NCBI RefSeq assembly: GCF_037042905.1
Contig: NC_087250.1
Span: 4,776,001 to 4,840,000, forward strand
DNA from: Lytechinus pictus
Lineage: Eukaryota
DNA: 64,000 nucleotides
Direction: 5' to 3'
The notes under the pieces were generated by a model that saw only the letters and a program-made list of their open reading frames with translations, did no database searches and was not told the origin of the DNA. Positions 25,887-39,023 of the stretch are shown here, piece after piece; the stretch's first letter is position 1; the number at the start of each line of letters is the position of its first letter. A program made the position numbers and the translations under genes.

Positions 25887-28180
25887 AGTGGTTCGCAAGT
25901 CATAATGGTAAAAGGGGCTCGCCAGTCATAATAACAGATGGGGTTTGCCAGTCATGATAACACATAACGGTCGCCAGTCATAATAAAAGAAGGGGTTCGC
26001 CAGTCATAATAGTAGAAGGGATTCGCCAGTCATAGTAGAAGGGATTCGCCAGTCATAATGGTAGATGAGGGTCGCTAGTCATAATAGTAGAGGGGTTTAC
26101 CAGTAATAATAGTGGATGAGGGTCGCCAGTCATAATAGTAGAAGGGGTTCGCCAGTTATAGTAAAAGGAGTTCGCCAGTCATAATGGTAGACGGGGATCG
26201 TTAGTCATAATGGTAGAAGGGGTTCGCTAGTCATAATAGTAGAAGAGGTTCGCCAGTCATAATAACAAATGGGGTTCGTCAGTCATAATACAGTAATACA
26301 TGAGGGTCGCCAGTCATAATAGTAGAAGGGGTTGGCCTGACATAATAGAAGATGAGGGTCGCTAGTCATAATAGTAGAAGGGGTTCGCCAGTCATAATAG
26401 TAGATGACGGTCGCTAGTCATAACAGTAGAAGGGGTTCGCCAGTCATAATTGTAAAAGGGGGTTCGCCAGTCATAATAGTAGAAGGGGTTCGCCAGTCAT
26501 AATAGCATATGGGATTCGCCATTCATAATAATACATGACGGTCGCCAGTCATAATAGAAGAAGGGGTTCGCCAGTCATAATAGTAGATGAGGGGCGCTAG
26601 TCATAATAGTAGAAAGAGTTCGCCAGTAATAATAGTAGATGAGGGTCGCTAGTCATAATAGTAAAAAGGGTTCGCCAGTCATAATAGTAGAAGGGGTTCG
26701 CCAGTCATAATGGTAGAAGGGGTTCGCCAGTTATAATAACAGATGTGGTTCGCCAGTCATTATAGTAGATGAGGGTCGTTAGTCATAATAGTAGAAAGGG
26801 TTCGCCAGTTATAATATTAGATGAGGGTCGCTTGTCATAATAGTAGAAAGGATTCGCCAGTCATAATAGTAGAAGGGGTTCGCGAGTCAAAATAGAAGAA
26901 GGGGTTTGCAAGTCAAAATAGAAGAAGGGGTTTGCAAGTTATAATAGTAGATGAGGGTCGCTAGTCATAATAGTAAAAAGGGTTCGCCAGTTATAATAGT
27001 GGATGAGGGTCGCCAGTCATAATAGTAGAAGGGGTTCGCAAGTCATAATGGTAAAAGGGGCTCGCCAGTCATAATAACAGATGGGGTTTGCCAGTCATAA
27101 TAATACATAACGGTCGCCAGTCATAATAGAAGAAGGGGTTCGCCAGTCATAATAGTAGATGAGGGTTGCTAGTCATAATAGTAGAGGGGTTCGCCAGTAA
27201 TAATAGTGGATGAGGGTCGCCAGTCACAATAGTAGAAGGGGTTCGCCAGTCATAATGGTAAAAGGGGTTCGCCAGTCATAATAACAAACGGGATTCGCCA
27301 GTCATAATAATACATGAGGGTCGCCAGTCATAATAGTAGAAGGGGTTCGCCAGTCATAATGGTAAAAGGGGTTCGCCAGTCATAATAACAAACGGGATTC
27401 GCCAGTCATAATAATACATGAGGGTCGCCAGACATAATATTAGAAGCGGTTGGCCTGTCAAAAACGAAGATGAGGGTCGCTAGTCATAATAGTAGAAGGG
27501 GTTCGCCAGTCATAATAGTAGATGACGGTCGCTAGTCATAACAGTAGAAGGGGTACGCCAGTCATAATGGTTAAGGGGTTCGCCAGTCATAATAACAGAT
27601 GTGGTTCGCCAGTCATAATAAAAGAAGGGGTTCGCCAGTTATAATAGAAGATGAGGGTCGCTAGTAATAATAGTAGAAAGGGTTCACCAGTTATAATAGT
27701 ACATGAGGGTCGCTTGTCATAATAGTATAAGGGGTTCGCCAGTCATAACAGTAGAAGGGTTTCGCCAGTCATAGTAGAAGGGGTTCGCCAGTCATGGTAG
27801 ATGAGGGTCGCTTGTCATAATAGTAGAGGGGTTCGCCAGTAATAATAGTGGATGAGGGTCGCCAGTCATAATAGTAGAAGGGGTTCGCCAGTCATAATGG
27901 TAAAAGGGGTTCGCCAGTCATAATAACAAACGGGATTCGCCAGTCATAATAATACATTAGGGTCGCCAGACATAATAGTAGAAGCGGTTGGCCTGTCAAA
28001 AACGAAGATGAGGGTCGCTAGTCATAATAGTAGAAGGGGTTCGCCAGTCATAATAGTAGATGACGGTCGTTAGTCATAACAGTAGAAGGGGTTCGCCAGT
28101 CATAGTAGTAGAAGGGGTTCGCCAGTCATAATAGTAGAAGAAGGTCGCTAGCCATAATAGTGGAAGGGGTTCGCCAGTCA
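25887..28180 (+). repeat. Second block of the 26-bp satellite
   Basis: Same unit and orientation as the main array. It ends with the same terminal monomers (GAAGCGGTTGG, GAAGAAGGTCGCTAGCC). Confidence 0.97.
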
Positions 28181-28793
28181 GAAGAAGGGAACTTTGCTAC
28201 ATAATAACTGAGGTGGATGCAAAGTGCGAGCACAAAAAAGTGATTTTCAAACGTAATATGTATTATGTTGAAGTTCAAAAAGGGTATTCAATTTCGAAAA
28301 AGAGCACATTCTATTTTGAAAAATTGGTTTGTTTTTTTAAATCATAACCAGCAGGAGCTGTTAATAATGACACCCTCTCCCCTTAAAAAGAAAATTACCT
28401 TGAGGTTATTCACATAACTTTTGTGACCATCCTGAAAATGTTGGACTTCAAAAAGAGTATTTAATTTTGAAAAAGGGCACATTCCATTTTGTAAAAGGCA
28501 TTTCCCTTTTGAAAAAAGGGCATTTTTTTACCTACGGGGATTTTTTTTAACATTACCAGCAGAAGCTGTTATAAATGACAACCTCCCCTAAAAAAAAATC
28601 ACCTTATCTTTAGGTGAAAAGGTGTAGATTGTGCATAATTCCAATATCAAAGAAATCTACTTTGAATTATGCACAATCGGCTCGGTGTAAAAATGGCAGA
28701 GGTAATAATGGCAGAGGTAAAAATGGCAGAGGTAATAATGGCAGGGGTAAAATGGCAGGGGTAATAATGGCAGAGGTAAAATGACAGAGGTAA
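28181..28793 (+). repeat. Unique segment copy 2 plus a short AAAATGGCAGAGGTA array
   Basis: Duplicate of 24161-24460, followed by ~7 copies of the 15-mer. Confidence 0.9.
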
Positions 28794-28859
28794 GATTTTT
28801 TTTTAAGTATTCTTTCAGGACTTACGTATATATTTGGTACGAAGTATGAATTTTGCTTA

Positions 28860-31070
28860 CATTTCTGGAAAATTATCCATCTCACAAAATAATGGCTTGA
28901 TAACATTAATTCATAAAGGTGACAAAGTAAGACATTTCATTAAAAATTGGAGACCAATTTCATTGTTGAATGTTGTCAAGTTGTATTGCTAACAGACTTT
29001 AAAAAAGTATTACCATATGTTATTCATGTTAATCAGGATTCTTGTCTCGACGAATTATTGGTGAAAATTAAATTTGGCAATTCTTTCATGAAATGGATAA
29101 AAATACTACATCAGAATGCATTTTCTAGTGCTATAGTCAATGGGCAAATGAAACTAAGATTTCGTATTGAAAGAGGGTATATAGGCAAGGTGGTCCCCTA
29201 TCGGCATTATCTGTTTTTGTTACGCGCTGAAATTCTTTGGTTGTTAATTCGAAATTCACACTCTGTCCAGGGAAGTGTTTAACACTTCCCTGCTCTGTCA
29301 AAGGAATTTATGTTGGCTTAAAAGAATACAAAATTCTTCAGTATGCGGATGGCACGGTTTTTTTTTCTGGATGGTACAGCTGCCAGTTTATGTAATGTAC
29401 TAAATATTTTGGATTCATTTGCTGAATGTAGTGGGTTGAAGGTCAATATGCAAAAAAAAATAATGCAATTTGGATAGGTGCTTCACAAAGTGAAAAAGAT
29501 ATACAACTAGATGGAAAACAAGTTGATTTTGTGCATAATGGTTTTTCTTTTCGGTACCTTGGTACAGACTTTCATGTTGTTACTGATAAAATACCCGATT
29601 ATAATAACGATAGAGTTTTCGACAAAATAAAACATCAAATGATTTCATGGATTAAACGAAATATCACTGGTAGAATTGCAGTTGTGAAATCATTATTACT
29701 GCCACAATTTAATCATTTGTTTATGTCAATTCTATCTCCTTCTGCTAAGTTAATGAAAGTTATAAAAAGTAAAGTTCTTTAATTTCATATTGAAGAACAG
29801 GCCAAACAAGAATAGTAGAAAACAGGTTGTTGGTGCTTATGAAGAAGGAGGTCTTAAGATGCCAGACATTGATTTTCTTTAATATGTCATTAAAGCTTAC
29901 ATGGATTCGGAGAATGATTTTAGGAAAATGTGATGACGTCTTTCATCTGATGAAATCATTTTTAACTAAGCCATTTGTATTACAATTTGTGGATGAATAT
30001 TTTCTGTCATTATCTCATGAAGTTGGTAATGCATTTTGGAAAAACGTATTTCATGCTATGTTTTTTTGTTAATTCAAGCGGGGAAAAATAATTGGCTTAC
30101 CAATCCTTTGTGGAGAAATAATGCTATTCAAATAGGGGATAAGTCTGTATTCTTCAAATGTGGTATGAAAAGGGATTAGATTTATTAATGACCTGATTGA
30201 TGATAACGGAAATTTACTTACTCATGATGAATGTGAACAAAATTTTGCTTTAAAGTAAATTATTTGTCCTATTTTTCTATAAGACAAACTATAAAGTGTC
30301 GATATCGAGTAAATGTCGAAACTTGTGAAAAAAATATAGAAAATCCTTTGATACCTTCACATGTTAAAATATTAGTACATGACCGAAAAGGATGTCAATA
30401 TGTCTATAAAACTTTGCCTGGAAAAACAAAATGTGTTCCTATAATATGTTCAAAATGGGATCGATATTTAGATGACCCTCTTGATAATATAACAATTGAA
30501 AGAAACCATATTATGATATTTCGTTTTACTTCAGATATTGGTTTAAGATATTTTCAGTATAAGACATTAAATAGAATATTATTTCTGAACAAACAATTAC
30601 ATAAGATAAAGATTTTTTAAAATGAAAAATTTTCATTTTGTAATAGGGAGTTGGAAGATATTCTACACTTTTTTATAAATGTAAATTTAGTAAAGAAATT
30701 AGGAAGAAAACTGAAAATTGGATTCATGAATGTTTTCAGGCACACATTAAGTTTAGTTAGAAAAATGTAATCTTTGGTTTTGATGAGAAAAGAAATGATG
30801 CATTGAATTGTTTGGTATGTATAATAAAAAAACATTTATTTTTTCAAAAGTTAAATAGTAAAAAACCAGTGTTTACATATGCAAAGAAAAAAATGATTCA
30901 ATATTATGCAGATGAGAGATATATTAGTTCTATATCGGGTTTGTTTAACAAATTTAATACTAAATGGATGTCACTTCATTTTTTATTTATTTGAGAGAAA
31001 TGTTTAAGTATTATTATTGTAATAATGTTTGCTCTTGTATATTTTGATATTATGTGAATCAATAAAAGGC
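28860..31070 (+). pseudogene. Decayed, 5'-truncated non-LTR retrotransposon ORF2 (L1/Tx1 clade reverse transcriptase)
   Basis: Motifs in order across frameshifts: KNWRPISLLNV, FMKWIKIL..NGQ, RQGGPLS, QYADGT (from YADD), SGLKVN, FRYLG, GRIAVVKSLLLPQFNHL, EGGLKMPD, FQYKTLNRIL, and a degenerate C-terminal zinc knuckle (FCNRELEDILHFF). AATAAA at 31061. Confidence 0.9.
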
Positions 31071-31199
31071 CTTTGGAGGGCTAAAAAATGGGGAAAATTA
31101 TACCTTCATGGTATCAGCATGAGAGAGTGGACGTGATTGCGGGTGTGGGTGTGTGTGAGGGAGAGAGAAAGAGGTAGGGCCTTATGCGGTGGGTGTGTT

Positions 31200-31887
31200 C
31201 AGGGGTAGATCCAGGGGGCCCAGGAGTCCTTGCCCATTCCTCGATTACAGGAAACTGAAGAAAATCATAAAAAGAACACAAAAAAGGCTAGTGTCGGAAA
31301 AGATAGCAGAAGGTCTCATTTATATGTCTGGTATGAATCGATCGAGCCACTTGGCCAACAATTAAAGGGGATTAGAGAGAGAACATAAAGTATTAAGAAA
31401 AAATTGCTAACAAAACGTGTTTTATGTCGAATATAATTTATCTTAGATATCGGAATCAAATAACACTGTGAAGGTTGGGAAAAATAATGATTACAAATTT
31501 TGGTTTCATTCAAAAAACATGCTAAAAAAAATCAGGCCCTTTCAAAGGCAACTAATTCACTAAAGTAATTAATTTATATAACCCCATTGATATTTTGATA
31601 ACATAAAAGTTAATTTCTTTCTCTTATCCCTTTCCCTTGTTTTCAATCTTCCTCTCATTGCTAATCTACAGGGAGTGCGATCGAGTCAGCAGCGTCGGGA
31701 TAAGGCCGTTGCATGGTTGTTATACATCTTGCCCCAAATTCTTATTTTTCATACTTTTTTGTTTGTTTTTGGTACAAGGGGATAGGCCTATATGCAAGGG
31801 TGTTTCGGCAATGCATTTTTAGCCTTTCATAATTTCAGTTTTCTGCCCCCCCCCCCCCTTCAAAGGACAAACACGGATCTGCACCTT
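31200..31887. mobile_element. Old hAT-like MITE
   Basis: Starts CAGGGGTAGATCCAGGGGG and ends with poly-C...CGGATCTGCACCT (degenerate inverted termini). No TSD recognised. Confidence 0.5.
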
Positions 31888-32078
31888 ATATGGAACCTCA
31901 ACCAATTTAGCATCCTATCAGAGGGACGGGTTGTGACTGCGAACCAGTAAACCTGCACCATAATGAAAACGCCGAAACGGCCAAGGAAAATGCCAACCAA
32001 AGTCATGCCCGGAATAACAACGAGCCTCGGCAGGCGACCCTCCGCCTTCTCTTGTTAGGACTGGTAACCCTGATGTGG

Positions 32079-34183
32079 CAGGGGCGGATCCAGCTTTCGC
32101 CAATAGGGGGGGGGGGGCGGAAAAATTTTGCACCCATGTTTTCTCCGATCGGCCCCTCAAAGTTGATGTTTATTTGAAGGGTTAGTCCTAACAGTCACTT
32201 CTTATAGCTTTATTTTTATGAATTATGAAAATCTCATAAGCCCTATCTAACTTATTTAATAGTGCGAGCGCGAAGCGCAAGCTCAATTTTGTGGAAAATT
32301 TTATGTATTTTGCCTTGAAAAATTCAGTATTCTGGGCCAAGTTTGTGATCATAAAAAAGATGCGTATGTAAATGAATAATCACTGCAAGCGCGCAGCGCG
32401 AGCAAAATTTTCCAATCTACATTCTGGCCTAATCGAAAAGGATCCTGCTAAGCTAGGACTGTATGCAGTAAGCCATGAAGACGATAAACATTTTTAATAA
32501 TGCGACCGTCAATCGCGAGCTGATTGTATTTTTTTCAATCACGACCTAAAAAAATTACATTTGAGTACTTTTTTAAATCATGAACAGGATAGATAGTATA
32601 AAAAAAATGTGAGTGCGATGCGCGAGTGTAAAAAATGAGATTTATAAACTAAGAAAGGGATACTCTATTCATGTTTTGTAAATCATGAAAATGATGGATA
32701 TAATTGGTTATCGTTTTACAACAGTAATGCAGGAGTGAAGCGCGAGCAGAAATTTTTTTATATTCTGATCTGAAATTCGATAATTTACGCACGTTTTGAA
32801 TAAAGAACCAGCTGCATGCGTATCTAAAAAAACATATGCGTGTTCTATATTTAGACCTAGAATATAGGCTTTCTTAAATTCATTCTTTCATCATGAAAAA
32901 CAATAATGCGAGCGCGGGATGAAAATATTTGACATTCCTAACTGAAAAAGGGGCAATTTTGGCACTCCTTCAAGCACCGCGTAGGAAAAGTAATTGTGAA
33001 GTTAATATGGATCGCAGCTAATAAATGAGGCGAGCGCGAAGCACGAGCTGATATAATTTTTTTTTCATCATTTTGACCAAGGACCGGAACAATCTAAGGA
33101 CATTTTGTCATCAAGACTGTCTTCCTATTCCTCTTCCTAAGCGTGATATGAAACTTGTCCATATTCCATTCTGAAAAAGGGACGATTTAATTAGACGGAA
33201 TTCATGAAAAATTCATCTTATCTATTATTCTAATAAGCCTAATGAGATCGAGCGCCAAATTTGTTGATATTGAGGTCAAAAAAATGGAAATTCTAAGAAA
33301 TTTGTAATCGTGAATAGGATGCTTGGGTTCAGTGGTGGCTCAGTGGTAGAGCGTCCGCCTCATGAACGGGAGGTCGTGGGTTCGATCCCCGGCCGAGTCA
33401 TACCAAAGACTTATAAAAATGGGACCTTCTGCCTTCTTGCTTGGCGCTCAGCATTTAGACTGGAGAGGGGTAATGATAACATATTATGTTATGCAGGGCC
33501 CGCTGGAAGAGCAGTTGAAGTGGCTACCCTGGGTAAATAAAACGTTATCATTATTATTATTATATTTCTAATAATGCGAGCGCAAATCGCGAGCAGAATG
33601 TCATGAAAAGGAGATTTTTAGTATAAATCATATAATTAATACAGAGGTATACATATCTCACGAATTGAAACGCGAGCGCGCAGCGCTATAGCTGATATGT
33701 TTTGACAATCAGACCTGAAAATGGAAACGAATTTTGAGAACTTTATGAAATATAGCTACTTTAACCAAATAATACGAGCGCCCAGCGCGAGCTGAAAATG
33801 TTGACACTCAGACTATAACGGGCATTTTACAAAGTAATTTTTAAAATAAATTAATAAATCAAACAAAAAAATGAAATCTCGATATCCGAGCTGAAATATG
33901 TTTTGTACATTCACTGCAAGAAGTAATGAGCTCCATATCAGCCTATTGAGCAACATATGTATCCTCATCACATGCAATGTGAACGCTAAACCGTGCGAGG
34001 AATAATTGTACATATTTTAAAATATTTAATTAATTTTCCAAGGCTTCCCCTTACCTTATTTTATTTACTCGTTTTTCCTCCTCTTTTTCCCCTCTTCCTT
34101 TCTTTCTTCTCTCTTTTCCCTTCTGTTTTTCGTTCTTTTCCCACAATTTTTGTTGCTCCGCGACACCTTGATATCCGCCTATA
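32079..34183 (+). mobile_element. ~2.1 kb non-autonomous hAT-like element with recurrent GCGAGCGCGAAGCGCGAGC motifs
   Basis: Starts CAGGGGCGGATCCAG plus poly-G and ends GATATCCGCCTAT. About a dozen spaced motif copies. Homologous to 345-657 plus 35450-35850. TSD not visible. Confidence 0.7.
33325..33563 (+). mobile_element. tRNA-derived SINE
   Basis: Pol III A box TGGCTCAGTGG, B box GGTTCGATCC, a body and a (TTA)n tail. Absent from the homologous repeat copy near 35500. Confidence 0.88.
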
Positions 34184-34185
34184 AA

Positions 34186-35440
34186 TGGCGACCCTCATCT
34201 ACTATTATAACTAGCGAACCCCTTCTTCTATTATGACTATATAGCAACCCTCATCTACTATAATGACCGGCGAACCCTTTCTACTATTATGATTGGCGAA
34301 CCCCATACTATTATGACTAGCGACGCTCATCAATTATTATGACTGGCGAACCCGATCTGTTATTATGACTGGCGACCCTCATCCACTATCATGACTGGCG
34401 AACCCTTTCTACTATTTGGACCGGCGAACCCCTTCTACTATAATGACTAGCGACACTCATCCACTATTATGTCTGGCGAACCCTTTCTACTATTATGACT
34501 GGTGAACCCCATCTACTACTATGACTAGCGACCCACATCTATTATTATGACTGGCGAACCCCATCTGCTATTATGACTGGCGACCCTCATCCACTATTAT
34601 GACTGGCGAACCCCTTCTACTATTATGACTTGCGACCCTCATCCAATATTATGACTGGCGAACCCTTTCTACTATTATGACTGGCGAACCCTATCTGTTA
34701 TTATGACTAGCGACCCTCATCCACTATTATGACTGGCGAACCCTTTCTACTATTATGACTGGCGAGCCCTATCTACTATTATGACAAGCGACCCTAACTT
34801 ACTATTATGACTGGCGAACCCTTTCTTCTATTATGACTGGCAACCCACATCTACTATTATGACTGGCGAACCCCATATGTTATTATGACTAGCGACCCTT
34901 ATCCACTACTATGACTTGCGAACCCTTTGTACTATTATGACTGGCGGCCAAATCTACTATTATGACAAGCGACCCCCTCTACTATTGTGACTGGCGAACC
35001 CTCATCTACTATTATGACTGGCGAACCTCTGCTACTATTAATACTTGCGACCCTCATCTACTATTATGACTGGCGAACCCCTTCTACTATTAATACTGGC
35101 GACCCTCATCCACTATTATGACTGGCGACCCTCATCTACCATTAAGACTGGCGAACCCCTTCTACTATTATGACTGGCGACCCTCATCCACTATTATGAC
35201 TGGCGACCCTTATGATTAACGAACCCTTTTCCTCCTTATGACTGGCGACCCTCTTCCTTGATTATGACTAGCGACCCTCTTGTTTCATTATGAATGGCGA
35301 CCCCCATCGTTGATTATGACTAGCGACCTCTATGAACAACGCCCCTTATGAATAGCGACCCTTATGACTATTATGACTAGCGGTCCTTATAACTAGCGGG
35401 TATTATGACTTATGGTCCTTCTGACTGGCGGATGGACCCC
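34186..35440 (-). repeat. Inverted copy of the 26-bp satellite (right arm)
   Basis: GGCGAACCCCTTCTACTATTATGACT units, about 48 copies, degenerating toward the terminus as a mirror image of the left arm. Confidence 0.97.
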
Positions 35441-35449
35441 GAAATTTGA

Positions 35450-35850
35450 TGACATTTGAGGCCTGAAAATTGATATTTTAAGCACTTTTGTAATCATGAA
35501 TAGGTTTTATGAGTTGTTATATTTTCAACTATTAATGCGAGCTCAATTCGCGAGACGAAGGTTTTCGATAAACTGTCATAAAAGGGGAAATTTAAGTAGT
35601 TTGTTACAGAATTAATATATAAAGAATATTATTGAATAAACAAAGACGATATGTAGGCCTACTTGGCAAATCAAATAATGCGAGTGCACAGCGCAAAAAG
35701 CTGCAAATGATATTCACACCATCATAAAATGGACATTTTACAGAGCACTCTAAAAAAATCAATTTGTAAATCAAACAAAATGATAAAAGTTCGATGTCCG
35801 AGCTGAAATACGTTTTGTATATTGACTTCAAAACTTGATATTTTAAGCTA
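35450..35850 (+). mobile_element. Right part of the host interspersed repeat
   Basis: Continues the alignment to 33260-33930 (TTTGTAATCATGAATAGG, AAATCAAACAAAA, TCCGAGCTGAAATA). Confidence 0.8.
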
Positions 35851-38090
35851 TATCATTATCATCATCACCATCATCATTATCTCCATCATCACCATCATCA
35901 TCACCATCATCACCATCATCATCATCATCCTTATAACCATCATCATCAGCATCATCATCACCATCATCTTTATCATCGTCGTCATTAGCAGCATCATCAG
36001 CATCATTACCATAATCATCATCATCACCATCATAATCATCATCATCATCATTATCACCATTATCATCATCACCACCATCATCACCATCATCATCACAATC
36101 ATCATTACCATCATCACCATCAACATTACCATCATCATCACCATCATCGTCATCACCATCTTCATCATCACCATCATCATCATCACTATCATCATTACCA
36201 TCATCATTATCCCCATCATCATCACATCATTAGTATCACCATTATAACCACCATTATCATCATCATCAACATCATCATCATTATCACCATCACCATCATC
36301 ACCATCATCATTATCATCATCACCATCATCTTCTTCATCACCATCATCATCACCATAACCATCATTACCATCATCACCATGGTCATCATCATCACCATCA
36401 TTATCATCCTTATAACCATCATCATCAGCATCATCATCACCATCATCATTATCATCGTCGTCATTAGCAGCATCATCATTATCATCATCACCATCATCTT
36501 CTTCATCACCATCATCATCACCATAACCATCATTACCATCATCACCATGGTCATCATCATTACCATCATTATCATCCTTATAACCATCATCAGCATCATC
36601 ATCACCATCATCATTATCATCGTCGTCATTAGCAGCATCATCATTATCATCATCACCATCATCTTCTTCATCACCATCATCATCACCATAACAATCATTA
36701 CCATCATCACCATGGTCATCATCATCACCATCATCATAACCATAATCATCATTGTCACCATCATCATCATCACCATCATCATCATCACCATCACCACCAT
36801 CATCACCATCATCACCATCATCATCACCACCATCATCATTATCACCATCATCATCACCACCATCATCAATGTTATCACCATCATCATCGTCACCATCATC
36901 ATTATCATCATCACCATCACCATAATCATCACCATCATCACCATCATCATCATTATCACCATTATCATCATCATCACCATCATCACCACCATCATCATCA
37001 TTTTTCATCATCACCATCACCACCATCATCATCATCACCACCATCATCATTATCACCATCATCATCACCACCATCATCATTATCACCATCATCATCACCA
37101 CCATCATCACCATCACCACCATCATTTTCATCATCACCATCATCATCATCACCACCATCATCATCATCACCTCCATCATTTTCATCATCATCATCACCAC
37201 CATCATCACCATCACCACCATCATTTTCATCATCCTCATCACCACCATCATCACCATCACCACCATCATCACCATCATCATCATCACCACCATCATCACC
37301 ATCACCACCATCATTTTCATCATCATCATCACCACCATCATCATCATCACCACCATCATCATCATCACCACCATCATCATCATCACCTCCATCATTTTCA
37401 TCATCATCATCACCACCATCATCACCATCACCACCATCATTTTCATCATCCTCATCACCACCATCATCACCATCACCACCATCACCACCATCATCATCAT
37501 CACCACCATCATCACCATCACCACCATCATTTTCATCATCCTCATCACCACCATCATCACCATCACCACCATCATCACCATCATCATCATCATCACCAAC
37601 ATCATCATCATCACCATTATCACCATCATCATCACCATCATCACCACCATCACCATCCCCACCATCATCACCATCACCACCATCATCATCATCACCACCA
37701 TCATCATTATCATCATCATCATCATCACCACCATCATCATTATCACCATCATCATCACCACCATCATCACCATCACCACCATCATTTTCATCATCACCAT
37801 CATCATCATCACCACCATCATCATCATCACCTCCATCATTTTCATCATCATCATCACCACCATCATCACCATCACCACCATCATTTTCATCATCCTCATC
37901 ACCACCATCATCACCATCACCACCATCACCACCATCATCATCATCACCACCATCATCACCATCACCACCATCATTTTCATCATCATCATCACCACCATCA
38001 TCATCATCACCATCATCACCATCATCATCACCATCATCACCACCATCACCATCATCGTCACCATCACCATCCCCACCACCATCGTTACCA
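35851..38090. repeat. (CAT/CAC)n trinucleotide low-complexity tract
   Basis: ~2.2 kb with internal block duplications. It accounts for the poly-M/V, poly-I/T, poly-H and poly-D/G ORFs. Confidence 0.98.
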
Positions 38091-38438
38091 CATCCCCTCT
38101 TTTCATTTTCTTCTTTAAGTGTTAATCTTAGCAAGTTTGCATGTTTTCTTTCTTGTTTTCGCCTTTTTACACCATATGCACACTAACTGATAAATAATTG
38201 AGAGAAGATTTACAGGAACAAACCAAAAAAAAAACGAGAAAGAAATTATGACAATGCCATTGACCGGAAAATGCACTTATTTTGTTGACAAAGTCAGCAA
38301 CCTCCTGTACGTACGGTTCTTTTCTCTTTTTTTCTTAATTGTATTATATGGGAAGGTGTTATTACAACCATGAAAGGAAAAGGTAAACGTGAAAGGACCC
38401 TGCAAAGTGGACTAGAACGAAGATTATTGATTTATTAA

Positions 38439-39023
38439 AGGAGAATGAAACTCTTGGAGCAAGTTAGCTTTTGTGAAAGCAGAAAAATCAAAGAATAAGA
38501 TTAACAAAAGTTTGAGTAAAATAGGACTAGCAATAGAAGAGTTATGAGCATTTGAATGTCGAGATCACTAATGCTATGGAGATCCTCCCATTGGCAATGC
38601 GACCAAGATCTATGATGTCACAGATGAACAACTCTCCCCTTTTGGACACTGAAAATATACCCCAAAACATCCCTTTTTGCTCATTCTAATCATATGACAA
38701 ACGATTCATCAATGATATAATGTTGTGAAACCTCTGTACTTGTCCTCTCATAGAGAGAACATCTCACCTTGTGATAGACTCTATAAAAATGAGATTATAA
38801 ATGAAATAAGTACTAAAGTAATGAGGGAGTTGTACGTGTGTGACATCACAGATCTTGGTCGCATTGCCAATGGGAGGATCTACATGGCATACATATATAT
38901 ATATATTCAAATGCTCATAACTTTCTTATTATTCACTCAATCTTCCTCAAACTTTCAACAATAATTTTCTTTGATTTTTATCTTTGATATGGATTCAGCT
39001 GGTTTCAAGGGTTTCATTCTCCT
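38439..39023. mobile_element. TTAA-targeting MITE (Kolobok-like)
   Basis: TTAA|AGGAGAATGAAAC ... GTTTCATTCTCCT|TTAA, with a long internal inverted repeat (GATCCTCCCATTGGCAATGCGACCAAGATCT). Confidence 0.88.

Larger units (their letters stand above)
659..35440. mobile_element. Giant (~34.8 kb) foldback-type DNA transposon with tandem-repeat inverted arms
   Basis: Left end GGGTAAGCCCGCCAGTCATAAGGACCATAAGTCATAATAC matches the reverse complement of the right end, GGGGTCCATCCGCCAGTCAGAAGGACCATAAGTCATAATAC. GAAATTTGA occurs at 650-658 and 35441-35449. The flanks rejoin into one continuous repeat. Confidence 0.85.

Noticed and set aside
659..28180. CRISPR-like array
   Set aside because: Contiguous monomers with no unique spacers, no cas genes, and a eukaryotic context.
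33325..33400. tRNA gene (likewise 46930-47010, 47585-47660 and 55140-55200)
   Set aside because: A/B boxes are present but there is no clean acceptor stem. Most continue into SINE bodies; the 55140 site is too degraded to call.
35822..38134. Long poly-M/V, poly-I/T, poly-H and poly-D ORFs
   Set aside because: Trinucleotide microsatellite readthrough with no gene structure.
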